From the IMG/VR virus record IMGVR_UViG_3300037231_000119, positions 1-64,000 of that record: a stretch of 64,000 nucleotides of DNA; one strand, 5' to 3'. Below, piece after piece: positions 9,701 to 18,797 of the stretch. Numbering within the stretch: the first letter of the stretch is position 1; every line of letters begins with the position of its first letter. The position numbers and the translations under genes were made by a program. Origin of the DNA: a virus. Below the pieces are notes generated by a model, which worked only from the letters and a program-made list of their open reading frames with translations, was not told the origin of the DNA and did no database searches.

Positions 9701-11557
9701 AGTAGAGGCGAGGTCTGAATTGTTAATCATCCCCTTTGTGATGAGAGAGGAAGGATTAGAGCCAGTGTTAATTACGGTAATCTGAGCCCTATCAACCGGT
9801 CCAAGATTACTTGAAAATTCGATAGTAGATCCTACGATAGATGCTGTAATTCCAGTAAGAAGGTCATTGAAAACATTAACCCATGCCTGTAAGCTATTTG
9901 ATGCGGCGGCGGTAGTATAGGTACCTTCGGCGATGAATTGGGCATTAGTGATAGTATAGGTTATGGGGGCCGTTCCATCTACTGAAAAGCTGAGCGTATC
10001 CCCTTGAGCTATCGTATTGGACCAAAGACTTTGTGGCTGTGTGAAGATAGAGGCGGTTGTACCATCTTCAATGAGAAGAATTCCATTTTTATAAAGACGT
10101 AAGGTCTCTTCTTTTTGTGAAGGAAATTGTAGGATTGTGTTTGCGTCTATAACCAGAGAACTGGCCGGAGTCGTGATCTGGATAACATTGGTAAGTTCAT
10201 CTGCCGGGCGAATAACAACGAATGTTCCATTACCAGCGGTAACGGCTTCATAGTTCAACGTCGTATCAAAGTTAATGCTGGCGCAGACCTCATAGGCGGT
10301 AGCGGAACCAGGATTGGCGAAGTCGGTGGAAGCAAAGGTGTGGTTGTAAGTAATATCGCCTACGATTACTGCCAGAACTTCTCCACCATTAAGATCGAAG
10401 GGTTCAGAAGCAACAGTTTGAAGGAGTGCCTTAGTGACAGAAGTCTGAGTTCCGCCTGTCACTAATTGAAAAAACTTTTCTCCGCCGAGTGCTGAATTAA
10501 CAATAGCTTCAATCGCAACTCCAGTATGGGTAGCTTCCAAAATTGCCCCATTATCGATATAGACCGTGGTATTGGTAGCGGAATTTAGAACGTCGGTGCT
10601 GACAATGGTGTCTGAACTGGTGGGACTTTGAACGCCCTTCAAAGCACTCTCGATCGCCGTGACAGTACCCAATCCAGTCGATGCTAAGGCATTCTGAACA
10701 CGAACTCTGAGTTGATTATCCGTCTCGAGATCTTGGCCAGTAGTTACGTCAAGCGGATTAGTGACTGAGGCATTAGGGAGTCCGGGAGGGTTACCAGAAA
10801 ATTCGGATATAGCGCCACCTGGAACGTTAGCTGCAGATCCAGGAAGAAGGGCTACGATTGGGACGTTAGTAACTGTGGTTTCTCCATCCAAAATAACGCC
10901 CTGCTGGGTAACAGAATATTGGATGTCAGCCGTAGTCCCAATGCCGGGAGAAATAACGATAGTGTTAACAGGGACGGTTCTAACTCCACCCTGAGATAAA
11001 ATAACGGTCTCTGAGATATTATGAAACTTGGTAGTATTAGACGAAAGAGTGATCGCGTAATAAGAACCAATCGGAGTAATCGCAGAATAGGCAATCGGGC
11101 CCTCTATATTGACACTGCCTCTTCCCAAGTACAAACTTCCTGTGGCGGGGAAAGAAGCGGCATTTGATACAAAGATAGTGGTCGAGCCCGGTATAGGAGG
11201 ATTTACGCCAGCATATATGAAAGTGGAGATTTTTTTGAAAGAGAGATCGACGACGGTAACTTGGCTGGTAGCGGTTACTGCTGGAAGAGGAGGTACGCCA
11301 TACTCGATGGCTAGATTTTGTAGGGCTGGGCCCTGAGCCCTTTGCAGGCTAAAATTCATGAGGATCTGGAAGACATCTCCGCTGGATCTCGCAACCATAA
11401 GGGCGACTAGCTGCATAAAGCTAGTATTCGCGGATCCAGTATTAAGATCATTGATTCCTAGCGTTGAACCATATGAAGAAAGCATTTGTCCAAGTATCTG
11501 TTCGTAACTAAGGGGCTGCGGAAGGCTCGAACTTGGGGGTGTAGGATTTGATGCCAT
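3707..11557 (-). CDS. giant baseplate-J-like protein (2616 aa) with two inserted DUF3494 ice-binding-like domains
   Basis: J-like N-terminus (AQGPALQNLA...GQDLETDNQLRVR...GTVTAI) and C-terminus (LGQSLDLSSIVETVRAIPGV). DUF3494 motifs FAILAGSAITNTG...YWLVGSSATI...FQGTILANTSIT...NGRLIALNGAVTL at about 8170-8770 and 5560-6170. Confidence 0.85.
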   Translation of the reverse strand: MASNPTPPSSSLPQPLSYEQILGQMLSSYGSTLGINDLNTGSANTSFMQLVALMVARSSGDVFQILMNFSLQRAQGPALQNLAIEYGVPPLPAVTATSQVTVVDLSFKKISTFIYAGVNPPIPGSTTIFVSNAASFPATGSLYLGRGSVNIEGPIAYSAITPIGSYYAITLSSNTTKFHNISETVILSQGGVRTVPVNTIVISPGIGTTADIQYSVTQQGVILDGETTVTNVPIVALLPGSAANVPGGAISEFSGNPPGLPNASVTNPLDVTTGQDLETDNQLRVRVQNALASTGLGTVTAIESALKGVQSPTSSDTIVSTDVLNSATNTTVYIDNGAILEATHTGVAIEAIVNSALGGEKFFQLVTGGTQTSVTKALLQTVASEPFDLNGGEVLAVIVGDITYNHTFASTDFANPGSATAYEVCASINFDTTLNYEAVTAGNGTFVVIRPADELTNVIQITTPASSLVIDANTILQFPSQKEETLRLYKNGILLIEDGTTASIFTQPQSLWSNTIAQGDTLSFSVDGTAPITYTITNAQFIAEGTYTTAAASNSLQAWVNVFNDLLTGITASIVGSTIEFSSNLGPVDRAQITVINTGSNPSSLITKGMINNSDLASTGVASQYTLDRNTAQIELVSALVKGDSLSAGTLITQANIDSGSVPSGSATLATDAHIWIAIDTDAVVIPTIQSGSLLSVSLVSPNIVRFTSNVSSAFSNVIPGDYVIVWSPQVPTTDQLEGRVHAQSGSTLDIKITAAEYALATPVSNATFVQGFVVVRTANVPQKFTVTAGTSTLDVIASELQSQTDELTFGVFDNTNITVVTNTLNTEGQIVVVTADASGALLGFVGGVNSASQTALIAFYETQALTSELPLFFHSTISADNYAEPPYSYLTNFTSSESLSQFDPNEMIQFLNPYGVTPIISGGGGGSLLTASAPFAILAGSAITNTGSSVITGDVGIAPGTSITPGGWTVTGTIHNDDSTAMSAQTDALSVYTTLSAHSSTTISAVLDGQTLTAGYYSTGAASLAASGPGTLTLSGSSTDVFVIKTASTLVTGAGGTPTITLTGGALATNVYWLVGSSATINSGSAGTFQGTILANTSITDTIGGTVNGRLIALNGAVTLSAATTITVPASGPSAGVLTLVNGTGDATISFTAYTVPVQPSQYTFTVNSANATAGAVYSTNGLLFTVTSTIVDGTTLITTGAGLIDDEQPTLENVQMSALSGDVVTILPVYPDVRRLRVADRYFVANPLDFGFNDTVVAIVDNNTVGETYTMPLFRAALINSTYPSNNYSFNAYDVAAGTNANFAANFSTPTDFFANYKALLQAKYVLSGSNSNTSLLYRSAVWGRSGEMINVSYVYPSSANQPISSVVTTNGSVNIAISLISGLPLVTNIAANTQWNVTVTSNTPTAGIDQVTYTWNGTGTNPNLPVGLGSGAFVNISTSTGFNVSNTGTFRISMGVGYTPTTTSFSVQVPTGTAIAQSGAVTTVATGMNFYVSTPTTASAINTYVNANLSQYLTSTIVNGDGSGIISNSTFEDSSFTTQNYSLKDGVNWIFSSNVSGSPQFTFKEPLSYSSAPGYSFFTPGDQVMLIPTTTDQVKDFWNILAVTGFTTVGTVETSDRGTKLQLATNTIGSVGSIQVVGGSGNEYVVPILTSGELIGNNEMVVSANKIASQAVASDQWFRLQAQNFQNKNTGIAANTSVTVLSNTPIAGQSTVTLLNQDLGQRYFGSPRGGLNIEGNTFRIEKQGSLTCLSWNGVGTSPNFSSAVNFNDAGSWVVDVSSNGTYSVSPTSAPPPSPLGTAATYGILAGSAITNSVGTSVINGNLGESPGSTVTGTFTVSGATNLGNAAAATAQSSASSTFTSMQTQGLAGTVIPSALDGQTLTPGAYKFSSGAATLATSGPATLTFNGAGQYIIYTASTLTTGAGGTPTITLTGGATAADIFWIIGSSATINAGNAGTFEGNIVANTSITNTLGGIVNGSLIALNGAVTLSQITTINTVTGPDVANNANFAALTPGDIITITGLANSGNDGTFIVSAVAPNGLSFTVDNPNAVTETGTIVTAGEFTATTSVSEGDTLIISAPFSPLNQGEFRVIRENQNSVWYENPKELEFPLSSDTVEEEVTCVTNPVTGFSYGSSTQFNVEAAGGIETLVWTGVGTAPLLGSVLPGDVVTFGSGFETANQGSFVVTESGPSQQQVVQFTFPSGITFSSSGVADYFELYNGGNANKYYIWYNVAGGSNTDPAPGGFTGIEVAINSSDSAVTVASETYTAINGHLTAMTSSYVAQTNVVTVTATVPAATNSPVDVSMPAAFSFTVTQSGQMTFLTVINPTSVTQSGLSSVTLSVSRPQIQFFPYDATVPGDKLVVNGTVVGAGNAGVYTIVQVLNPTTAIITGTISTQFNTNLAGNFVSFSVQEGTAYTGYKQVLYAAMDPGSLTFNNIAFNTSAQFDKINLSADVGMTALGKLNFPVTIKTGTDAYNYDTGLIGQANRVIYGDPRDAITYSGVNAAGTNIFIREPLLLPVSIALSIRTNIGVSFAQITSQIQSSVYALILSNPLGQSLDLSSIVETVRAIPGVTSVVLTSPAYTVANDEIKLVTGQKAFVINQQSNIVVTLIGS

Positions 11558-11616
11558 TTTAGGAGAAACCTCTTATAGATAAGATTGAGGGTTTATGATT
11601 CCCGTACCCGTATATA

Positions 11617-14226
11617 TCACATGTATGTAGGTAGTTGAAATGACACAGGAAAAATGCCTTGACCTTGTCCAGGTAGCTGAATTCCTAAGTTAATAACAGC
11701 ACTTGGTGGAGTCAAATTTACCTGCATTCCACTGATTCCACTAAAACGAGAGTCACTGGTGATCATGGCAACTATTTGAGAATATATCTGGGTTGCAGAA
11801 GTATCGGACACCATAGTTCCGGATTTGATGGGAAGGCCGAAATTAGGGTTCAGAAGAGATGTGCCCTGTGGAGTTGAAAATTTAAGTACCAGGGCCTGTA
11901 TTAGATTCGGAAGACCTGCCGCCAATCTGAAGTCTCCGGTATTAGTTGTAGCAATGTCCCCATCGGGTCCGAGCAACCAATCCACTTTCGATAGACCGAC
12001 TAGGTCAACATTAGCAACTGACGCCGGAATATTAATCTGGTCATCTACAGTAGTTGGCAAATCTGAGGGAATAAAAATTACATTCTGCGAGTTTACCGTT
12101 CCCGGCAGATACGCTTGAATATACGCTCCATCTGCAATAGTGAATACGTCGAGATTAGCCAATCCGTCTAGGGTAATTAGGAAACTGGTCTGAGAGAGTG
12201 GTGTAATATTTATGATAGTTCTAGCGGTACTTGGTTGTGTTGTGGAATTGATAAATACAGTCTGAGCCAGAAATAAGTCGAAATCATTTCCTACAACAAT
12301 ACTTCTACCGTCCGCATTGCTAAGTAGTGGAAGGACGAACCCCGACTCGTCGATATAGGGCTCTCTTAAGAAATTTAAAGTAGCTATCTCGAGCCATCTT
12401 TGTGGGTCACCGAGATATCTCATGGCAATTTGTTCCATCGTAAGACCGAATGGAACAGGGACTTGAATTTTTGAGTTCGATATATTAAATTCAATATTTG
12501 ATGTGGCGGCTAATGCAGCAACATATTCCATATTGTTAAGAATTTGATTATTATCTAGCTGATTTGTGGCCGTTAAAACATCATATGCTTGGACCAATTC
12601 ATAGAAGGCTACTAGAATGGAGTAGTCGTCCGCAGTCATAGGCTCATTGGTTACGATTGGCGCTGGCTGATTGAAAAGGGTGCTATAGTATGCATTTCCA
12701 GCACCAAAAGAGTTGGACAGCTGAGTACAAAGCGTTAGAATGGTCGCGCGCATAGCTTGCAAATTCGCAACCGTAAAATTACCAACATTTGTAAGTTCGG
12801 TCTGAAGTGCGTTCTGCTGTGCTGAATTCAAAGTGAGGTTGTTCACTGGAACTTGGCCAAAAAGAAGTGGATATTGGAGTGGATTTGCAAAGACTGCATT
12901 TGACGGATTCAGAGTTCCAGAAGCTATTGCGGAAGGGCCCAGTTGACCACCAGAAACAGCTGTAGTAGATAGGCCCTCACTATTTTGGTGCTGCAATTGT
13001 ATATTTTTAAGAGCGGTTATTGTCGTAGGATCCGTTGCGGCCGAACCAAACAGATTGTTCGGACTTACTGTGCTCAGGAAATTGGATATCGTACTCTGCG
13101 TATCTGTCGCAAGTTGGGCCGGAAGATCGCTAGCAGCAATGGCGACACCAGCCAATTGTTTTACGAAAATTCCAGTCTGCCTTATAATATTTAAAATATT
13201 GTCTACATCTGAACGAACCGATCCAATCAAATTATACGCGGCGGCAGCCGTATTCTGTGCAGCGCCTATAGTGTTCAATATGGTTTGGAGCGCTCCTGGA
13301 GAAAGCGGGGTAACTTGCAATGGGACATCTGCCAATGAGGCTCCAGAAAGATCGATTCTGCGCCAGGCCTTAAGCTGGAGATTGTAGTTAACTTCCATAG
13401 GCCTATTCTGGTTTTCCGACCACGTAAAGCCAACTGGCGTGACTACGAAACTTTGATTTTGCTTTGGTATGTCCAATACTAATCTGTAGGCCGCATTTGC
13501 CGGATTTCTTTTGGATTCAGCGTACTGTTCTAGAAACTGAGTCAGCATTATGGTTTGAAAATATCCAGTTCCCACCCCTCCGAATTCCGGACTGCTGGGA
13601 GCTTCAGTTTCGGGTCTTATAGTAACTGGTTTAGACGCCGCAGATCCTGTGGACAGAGTATTGAGGATAGATGTAAACTGCGTTGCCACATTTTGAGCGG
13701 ATGCTATAGTTCCACCAAATACTGACTGAAGAAGGCCTGGAGTTCCGGGGGGATTAACTATGGAGGGCCTACCGGGCCATACTCCAAAGGTTCCCTGGAT
13801 GGAGATGGCTTTGAAGCGAACTCCCGAATGTTCTTCTAAGACACCACGTAGAGTCGCAGACGTATTTATAGCATAAGAGTCCGTTATGGATAGCTGCTGC
13901 GGTGTTATGGGGAATCTTATCTCCCAAGCGTCAGTCATAGGAGTAAAGGCTAAGGTGCCGTTTCCTAAGGGATTAATAGATACCTGCGTAGGGGCGTTTC
14001 CACCCACAACCACGTTATTGACCGTATCCCAGACTATAAGCCTATAATGTAAGAGTTTGTCCCAAAGGGTGTCGTCAGGATCCAAAAATCTAAAGAATGG
14101 GCTTATTACATCCCCGCCAGTAAGGCTGCTCCATGGTAGCGGTGTGACCGTAGTGGCCGTATGTGGCGTAACCGTGGCACCTACGGATGGCCCAGAAATA
14201 CCTAGAGTTTGAAGAAGACTTGCCAT
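11617..14226 (-). CDS. baseplate/tail protein with LysM-like and C-terminal gp25-like regions
   Basis: 'LTMEQIAMRYLGDPQRWLEIATLN' is LysM/tail-X-like; 'GDFRLAAGLPNLIQAL..TPQGTSLLNPNFG' is gp25-like. Confidence 0.7.
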   Translation of the reverse strand: MASLLQTLGISGPSVGATVTPHTATTVTPLPWSSLTGGDVISPFFRFLDPDDTLWDKLLHYRLIVWDTVNNVVVGGNAPTQVSINPLGNGTLAFTPMTDAWEIRFPITPQQLSITDSYAINTSATLRGVLEEHSGVRFKAISIQGTFGVWPGRPSIVNPPGTPGLLQSVFGGTIASAQNVATQFTSILNTLSTGSAASKPVTIRPETEAPSSPEFGGVGTGYFQTIMLTQFLEQYAESKRNPANAAYRLVLDIPKQNQSFVVTPVGFTWSENQNRPMEVNYNLQLKAWRRIDLSGASLADVPLQVTPLSPGALQTILNTIGAAQNTAAAAYNLIGSVRSDVDNILNIIRQTGIFVKQLAGVAIAASDLPAQLATDTQSTISNFLSTVSPNNLFGSAATDPTTITALKNIQLQHQNSEGLSTTAVSGGQLGPSAIASGTLNPSNAVFANPLQYPLLFGQVPVNNLTLNSAQQNALQTELTNVGNFTVANLQAMRATILTLCTQLSNSFGAGNAYYSTLFNQPAPIVTNEPMTADDYSILVAFYELVQAYDVLTATNQLDNNQILNNMEYVAALAATSNIEFNISNSKIQVPVPFGLTMEQIAMRYLGDPQRWLEIATLNFLREPYIDESGFVLPLLSNADGRSIVVGNDFDLFLAQTVFINSTTQPSTARTIINITPLSQTSFLITLDGLANLDVFTIADGAYIQAYLPGTVNSQNVIFIPSDLPTTVDDQINIPASVANVDLVGLSKVDWLLGPDGDIATTNTGDFRLAAGLPNLIQALVLKFSTPQGTSLLNPNFGLPIKSGTMVSDTSATQIYSQIVAMITSDSRFSGISGMQVNLTPPSAVINLGIQLPGQGQGIFPVSFQLPTYM

Positions 14227-14241
14227 AGATTACCCTTAATA

Positions 14242-14249
14242 TAAGATTG
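14242..14249 (-). promoter_or_regulatory. putative late promoter core CAATCTTA (also 11580, 21081, 34193, 57059; CAATCTTT at 63973)
   Basis: Lies about 15-55 nt upstream of six minus-strand structural/late gene starts. Confidence 0.7.
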
Positions 14250-14280
14250 TCGGTTTATGCCTTATGTGATATAAAGGGGT

Positions 14281-14853
14281 ATGAAACTCTCCAGATTCAC
14301 TCTAAACCTTCTTTTATTGGCTTTGACCGTGGCCTGCACCGTCAATATACGCACTATGGAGCGCTTTAAGCCTAGATATAAAGGCGTCGATCCTATTATT
14401 GCACCATTAGTCAATGAATACTTGGACTTAGCTAAAGATCGAGGTCTTAAGTTTAGGCATAAGGTGACGGTAGGATTCATGAATATTAAGGATTCTAATG
14501 TGATCGGGATGTGTCATTACGATGCGTTTTTTCGGGAAATCGATATTGATAGGAATTACTGGAATCATGCTTCAAAAATTAGTAGAGCTATACTCCTAAA
14601 ACATGAGCTAACTCATTGTTATTGCAACAGAAATCATGATTATAAGGGTATTCCATATAGTTCTACCGACGAGGATTTTGCCCTACACAAAGATTTTGGT
14701 ATGACGGGCCATATAACCCATAATACGGAAGGGTATTATGCTGATCGATGCGCCAAATCGATCATGTTTCCTAAGATCCTAACAGACGATTGCACTAAGG
14801 CACATTATGCGGATTACGAAGCTGAGATGTTCGATGGCTGCGAGGCTTGGTAA
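14281..14853 (+). CDS. exported zincin metallopeptidase
   Basis: Signal/lipobox-like N-terminus; HELTHCYCNRNH zinc motif; SIMFP Met-turn. Confidence 0.75.
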   Translation: MKLSRFTLNLLLLALTVACTVNIRTMERFKPRYKGVDPIIAPLVNEYLDLAKDRGLKFRHKVTVGFMNIKDSNVIGMCHYDAFFREIDIDRNYWNHASKISRAILLKHELTHCYCNRNHDYKGIPYSSTDEDFALHKDFGMTGHITHNTEGYYADRCAKSIMFPKILTDDCTKAHYADYEAEMFDGCEAW

Positions 14854-14856
14854 GTT

Positions 14857-15219
14857 ATGATGACTAGAGAAGAAAAAGAAGCTGTCCAACTTGTCTACAA
14901 TAGGCTTATCTCATCTGAGGAAGAGGATTGGAGTCAAATCGATGATATTTTGTATGAGTGCTCCTATTTAACGGATAGTGAATTGGTAACAGAATCCTCC
15001 ATAAAATACGTGGTGCATTCACAAGGCGTATTTCGTTGTTCCCAAGACCACCCAGCAGCCCATTGCATGGCTCCCAGATTTCTAGACGCGGTTGAGGCAA
15101 TTCTGGCTCTATATTGGCAAACTAAAGAGCTTCATACTAAAAATAAGTATATTTTGGAATACTATTTGACTATGACCGAACTTAGGATGCTGTTTATTGA
15201 ACCTTCAGGGGCCTTATAA
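14857..15219 (+). CDS. hypothetical protein
   Basis: 120-aa ORF abutting the previous gene. Confidence 0.65.
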   Translation: MMTREEKEAVQLVYNRLISSEEEDWSQIDDILYECSYLTDSELVTESSIKYVVHSQGVFRCSQDHPAAHCMAPRFLDAVEAILALYWQTKELHTKNKYILEYYLTMTELRMLFIEPSGAL

Positions 15220-15457
15220 TAAGTCCCGGCAAAAGATCTAACGCGTAAGTCCTATCCTTCTCCTCACCCGTCTTAATTAAGCTCAAAAGATTCTTAAGGT
15301 AAATTTTATACAATCTATCCGCCTCTTTTTTGGTGAATAGGTAGATCCCATCTTCCTGTACAAAGTCTCCACCTAGGACAACACAGAAACAACTCTTCTC
15401 CATAGTTGAGACTTCTTCGACGGTATATCCTTTATAGGGAGAGTTCTTTTTGGTCAT
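15194..15457 (-). CDS. hypothetical protein
   Basis: Start overlaps the stop of the upstream minus-strand gene. Confidence 0.65.
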   Translation of the reverse strand: MTKKNSPYKGYTVEEVSTMEKSCFCVVLGGDFVQEDGIYLFTKKEADRLYKIYLKNLLSLIKTGEEKDRTYALDLLPGLIIRPLKVQ

Positions 15458-16050
15458 TACGATATTATCCCCGTTCCTACGCCAGTTCCGGGCCCAGTTG
15501 GAATTCCCGTGCCGCTAATAACTACCGCACCAGTTCCAGAAGATAGAATTCCGCTGCATATTCCATTTGCTATTGCATCTGAGAGATTGGTTCTATTTTT
15601 ACCATTGGCCCCCGATGACTGAAGTTGGGAATCAATATCTGATCCCATTACGGAAGCTGATACTGAAATACTTCCTACCACTATAGTTCCTGTTCCAATA
15701 AATACCGGAGAGTCTACCGTAGATAAAGTTGCTGCACTTCCAAGATAGGCCACTACGGCCGTCATTATAGCCTGCATCATCGGGGCCGCGTTCTTCCCCG
15801 TACTAGACATACTGGCTAGAGCTATTTCTTCCATAGAAGAAGCCGACAATCCGATTATTCCAATGCCCGTTCCGGTCCCCGCTCCAGTTATAGTACCTAC
15901 GTCTATGGTCGTGAAGGTTTGGCCAGTAATAGCCTCTATGATTCCGGTCGCAACAGCGGTACAAAACTTCTGGAGATTATTTCCTTTGGCACCCGCAGTT
16001 TGCATATTGGTTAGAATTAAGGATGCTAGGGCTGAGGGTGAAAGGGCCAC
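15457..16050 (-). CDS. Gly/Thr/Ala-rich virion protein next to the spike gene
   Basis: Composition and position in the tail operon. Confidence 0.6.
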   Translation of the reverse strand: MALSPSALASLILTNMQTAGAKGNNLQKFCTAVATGIIEAITGQTFTTIDVGTITGAGTGTGIGIIGLSASSMEEIALASMSSTGKNAAPMMQAIMTAVVAYLGSAATLSTVDSPVFIGTGTIVVGSISVSASVMGSDIDSQLQSSGANGKNRTNLSDAIANGICSGILSSGTGAVVISGTGIPTGPGTGVGTGIIS

Positions 16051-16914
16051 TTAAGCACCCGTTTTTACTGTGGCAAAACCCATTTGAGGTTCACCAAAAA
16101 TACTATCGATAACTGGAGATGAGATATCGGTAATCACATGGGCTTGATCACCATTTAAATCAACCTCTGCGGCCATGATAGATGTCTTACCTGAAGAGTT
16201 AATATTACAATCACCTCCAACCGTAATATTCGCATCTCCACTCGTAGTAATAGTCAGCTCCCCACTTTTAGCGGCCAAAATAGTAATGGTGGAATGGTTA
16301 AATTGGAAAGACCCGTCCGTTTGAATCTGGAATGTGGTGGGGCCTTGAGAGGGATCTGTTGGGGCTCCAGAACTATCAGTAGCTCCATTAAATGTGAGAG
16401 AGCAGGAACCATCATTGGCGATCTGGATATTGACGCCATTATATTCCCCTGCAAGTTGAGGGTCAGTGCTAGTTATCGTAGTGGGACGATCTGGATGGAT
16501 GAAATTTCCGATTACTATAGCCTTAGATCCGATATTATCCAAACATTGGATCATGACTATTGCCGCATCTTGACCTGCAAAATCTGGTGCATTCTTAGAT
16601 TGGTATGTTTGCGGTCGCAAGGTATATTCCAAGAAGTCGGCTATGGAGCCAAAACCCTGACTAGAAATGCAGTGTTTGTATAGGATCGAGGTGGTTCCCT
16701 TATTTTCATCCTGCTCAATGGTTTGAACGTCGTACTCTGTGCATAGACCATTTTGATTCGACGGATCATCGGCCGAATACGATTGAACTACAAATCCGGC
16801 CTTAATTCCAGTATTTTTATATGACCGATTAAACGCAGCAATGTTTTTCTCTCGACCCTGCACGCTAACAAGTCCATGAGGGAGAACCGTCCCGTTGGGC
16901 AGAATAGTACTCAT
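16051..16914 (-). CDS. baseplate central spike (gpV/gp5-like)
   Basis: OB-fold-like N-terminus, beta-helix-like C-terminus (GELTITTSGDANITVGGDCNINSSG); follows the hub gene. Confidence 0.7.
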   Translation of the reverse strand: MSTILPNGTVLPHGLVSVQGREKNIAAFNRSYKNTGIKAGFVVQSYSADDPSNQNGLCTEYDVQTIEQDENKGTTSILYKHCISSQGFGSIADFLEYTLRPQTYQSKNAPDFAGQDAAIVMIQCLDNIGSKAIVIGNFIHPDRPTTITSTDPQLAGEYNGVNIQIANDGSCSLTFNGATDSSGAPTDPSQGPTTFQIQTDGSFQFNHSTITILAAKSGELTITTSGDANITVGGDCNINSSGKTSIMAAEVDLNGDQAHVITDISSPVIDSIFGEPQMGFATVKTGA

Positions 16915-18794
16915 GAATCCCTCGTTGACTTACTTATAGAAGTATTTGTATTCGGTTGAACAAAAGACCTATCGCCAGCAGGGGGAATTTTGGTCGGATC
17001 GGGATTATTAGGCCTATATGTCACATCTTGGCTTTCAGACACCCCTGACAATATTTGGGCGTGATTGTAATCATTGGAGCGATCGTCATATGCGTTACTG
17101 TCAGTCATTTCATTATATCTGACACCACCCGAACTATTGGATATACTCATTCCATAACTAACTGCCACTGTGGTTCGAAAACTCTTAATTCCATTCTGCT
17201 GTATCATCGCATTATGACTTACTTGCTCTATATGGTATACGACCCCGTCAAATTGCAGATTATCTCCAACCGCTATAGGAGCCACTATTCCAACAAACTC
17301 TATGGTGCCACTCATTTTTAGATGACCGCCAATTAAAGCATCTCCCATTATTTTTGCCCAACCGGGAGACCTAAACGTTCCCTTATCTCCTATAAGGTCG
17401 AATTCGGAGGTTATTACCGAAGGTTTTAGACCATTCCTCTTCACGTCATCTATGTCGTAAACATAATTTTGTGAGGCGGTCTCTGATGAAATTGCAATTT
17501 CTGCCGGAAAGTTTACCGCACGACCGTAAAACTGCATGAAATTCAATCTTAGGGCCTCATCTCGTCCAAGATCGAAGCTAAACGCCAATGCTGGACTTAT
17601 ATTCCACCTTGGGAGGCTCATAAATCTAGTTACATTGTATCCACTTATGGTTTGAAAGTTGTCGGTAGTAAATGGGATCTGTCTCAGAACCATGGTTGGC
17701 ATCACGCTACCATTTGGTGCCAATCTGAAGCAGGTGTAAAGCTCATTCAGAGGGGCATTTGTAAATTGGTTCAATATCGCCCACGTTTGTGTTTGATTCC
17801 AATATTCTGGTTTGGTTACAGTTGCACCATCTACAGGAGTGCCTAAAATTATGAATCTGCTATCGTGTGTTGCTTTTGTGGGATCTGACAGCTGTATATT
17901 TGAGGGATTCATTCCCTGAGCTAAACTCTGTGCGTGGGCCGAATACGACTGTATGCCAAACATAAAGTTGTACACGTCTTTGGCTGCCTCTACAGTATCC
18001 AGCCCCAGTAAATTTCCTACTGCGTTGGGCATATAAAAATGCGTATTCGCGCTGAGTGGAGATATTCCGGTAGTCTTCCTGCCACTATCGGGAATTCCGG
18101 TTCCCACAAGGCTTTCGATGAGAAATTGCAATATTCCCTGTATTTTATTGAGGCCTTTATTGGTCTGTAAACTATTCCAATCTCTGCCCAGATTTGTAAG
18201 ATACAGCTCCAAATTCTGATCGGAAGTGTCATTTATTAGGTTGGGGTTAAAGTAAATATTATTGTTGAATTCGGTAAAAGCGTACCCTGTTATCTTAACC
18301 ATCAATCTTTTCGTTCCAGATGCTGGGTCTACTGAAAGTGTTTTTCTGACGCTTTGAACTTTATAAAATCCCTTGAACCCATCTTTTACCCGATTTATTG
18401 CTTGGGAATTTCTGGCTGCCTGGGCGACCCTTCTAGCCTCAGATTCCCAATTGAGCATATTTACGAACACGAAATCTCCAGGAGCTATCGCAGTTTCGTA
18501 ATTAATGTCTGTTACTAGAAGCGTTGCGCTCATGGTAGGAGTTAATGTCGATTTAGCGTCCGCTACCCCCAATTGAATACAATCACTTTCAACCACCAGG
18601 GGTTCTATTATGGTAGAATAATTGGAGGTTGACGTTGGCTCTGTTCTTAGGGTATCCCTCACTGCCCAGCGTAAGAAAGTTAGTACCCATGCCGGACTAG
18701 TCTGGTGTACGGCAGGCGATCCATTAACCGTTTCTTGGGGGCTAGTGGAATTAGGTACTATATTGTGAACAAATGCTGTTTTATTTGCGGACAT
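16911..18794 (-). CDS. baseplate hub protein (gp27/gpD-like)
   Basis: C-terminal 'SGTIEFVG...IAVGDNLQF...YHIEQVSH...FRTTVAV' hub pattern; lies between tape measure and spike. Confidence 0.7.
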   Translation of the reverse strand: MSANKTAFVHNIVPNSTSPQETVNGSPAVHQTSPAWVLTFLRWAVRDTLRTEPTSTSNYSTIIEPLVVESDCIQLGVADAKSTLTPTMSATLLVTDINYETAIAPGDFVFVNMLNWESEARRVAQAARNSQAINRVKDGFKGFYKVQSVRKTLSVDPASGTKRLMVKITGYAFTEFNNNIYFNPNLINDTSDQNLELYLTNLGRDWNSLQTNKGLNKIQGILQFLIESLVGTGIPDSGRKTTGISPLSANTHFYMPNAVGNLLGLDTVEAAKDVYNFMFGIQSYSAHAQSLAQGMNPSNIQLSDPTKATHDSRFIILGTPVDGATVTKPEYWNQTQTWAILNQFTNAPLNELYTCFRLAPNGSVMPTMVLRQIPFTTDNFQTISGYNVTRFMSLPRWNISPALAFSFDLGRDEALRLNFMQFYGRAVNFPAEIAISSETASQNYVYDIDDVKRNGLKPSVITSEFDLIGDKGTFRSPGWAKIMGDALIGGHLKMSGTIEFVGIVAPIAVGDNLQFDGVVYHIEQVSHNAMIQQNGIKSFRTTVAVSYGMSISNSSGGVRYNEMTDSNAYDDRSNDYNHAQILSGVSESQDVTYRPNNPDPTKIPPAGDRSFVQPNTNTSISKSTRDS

Positions 18795-18797
18795 AAA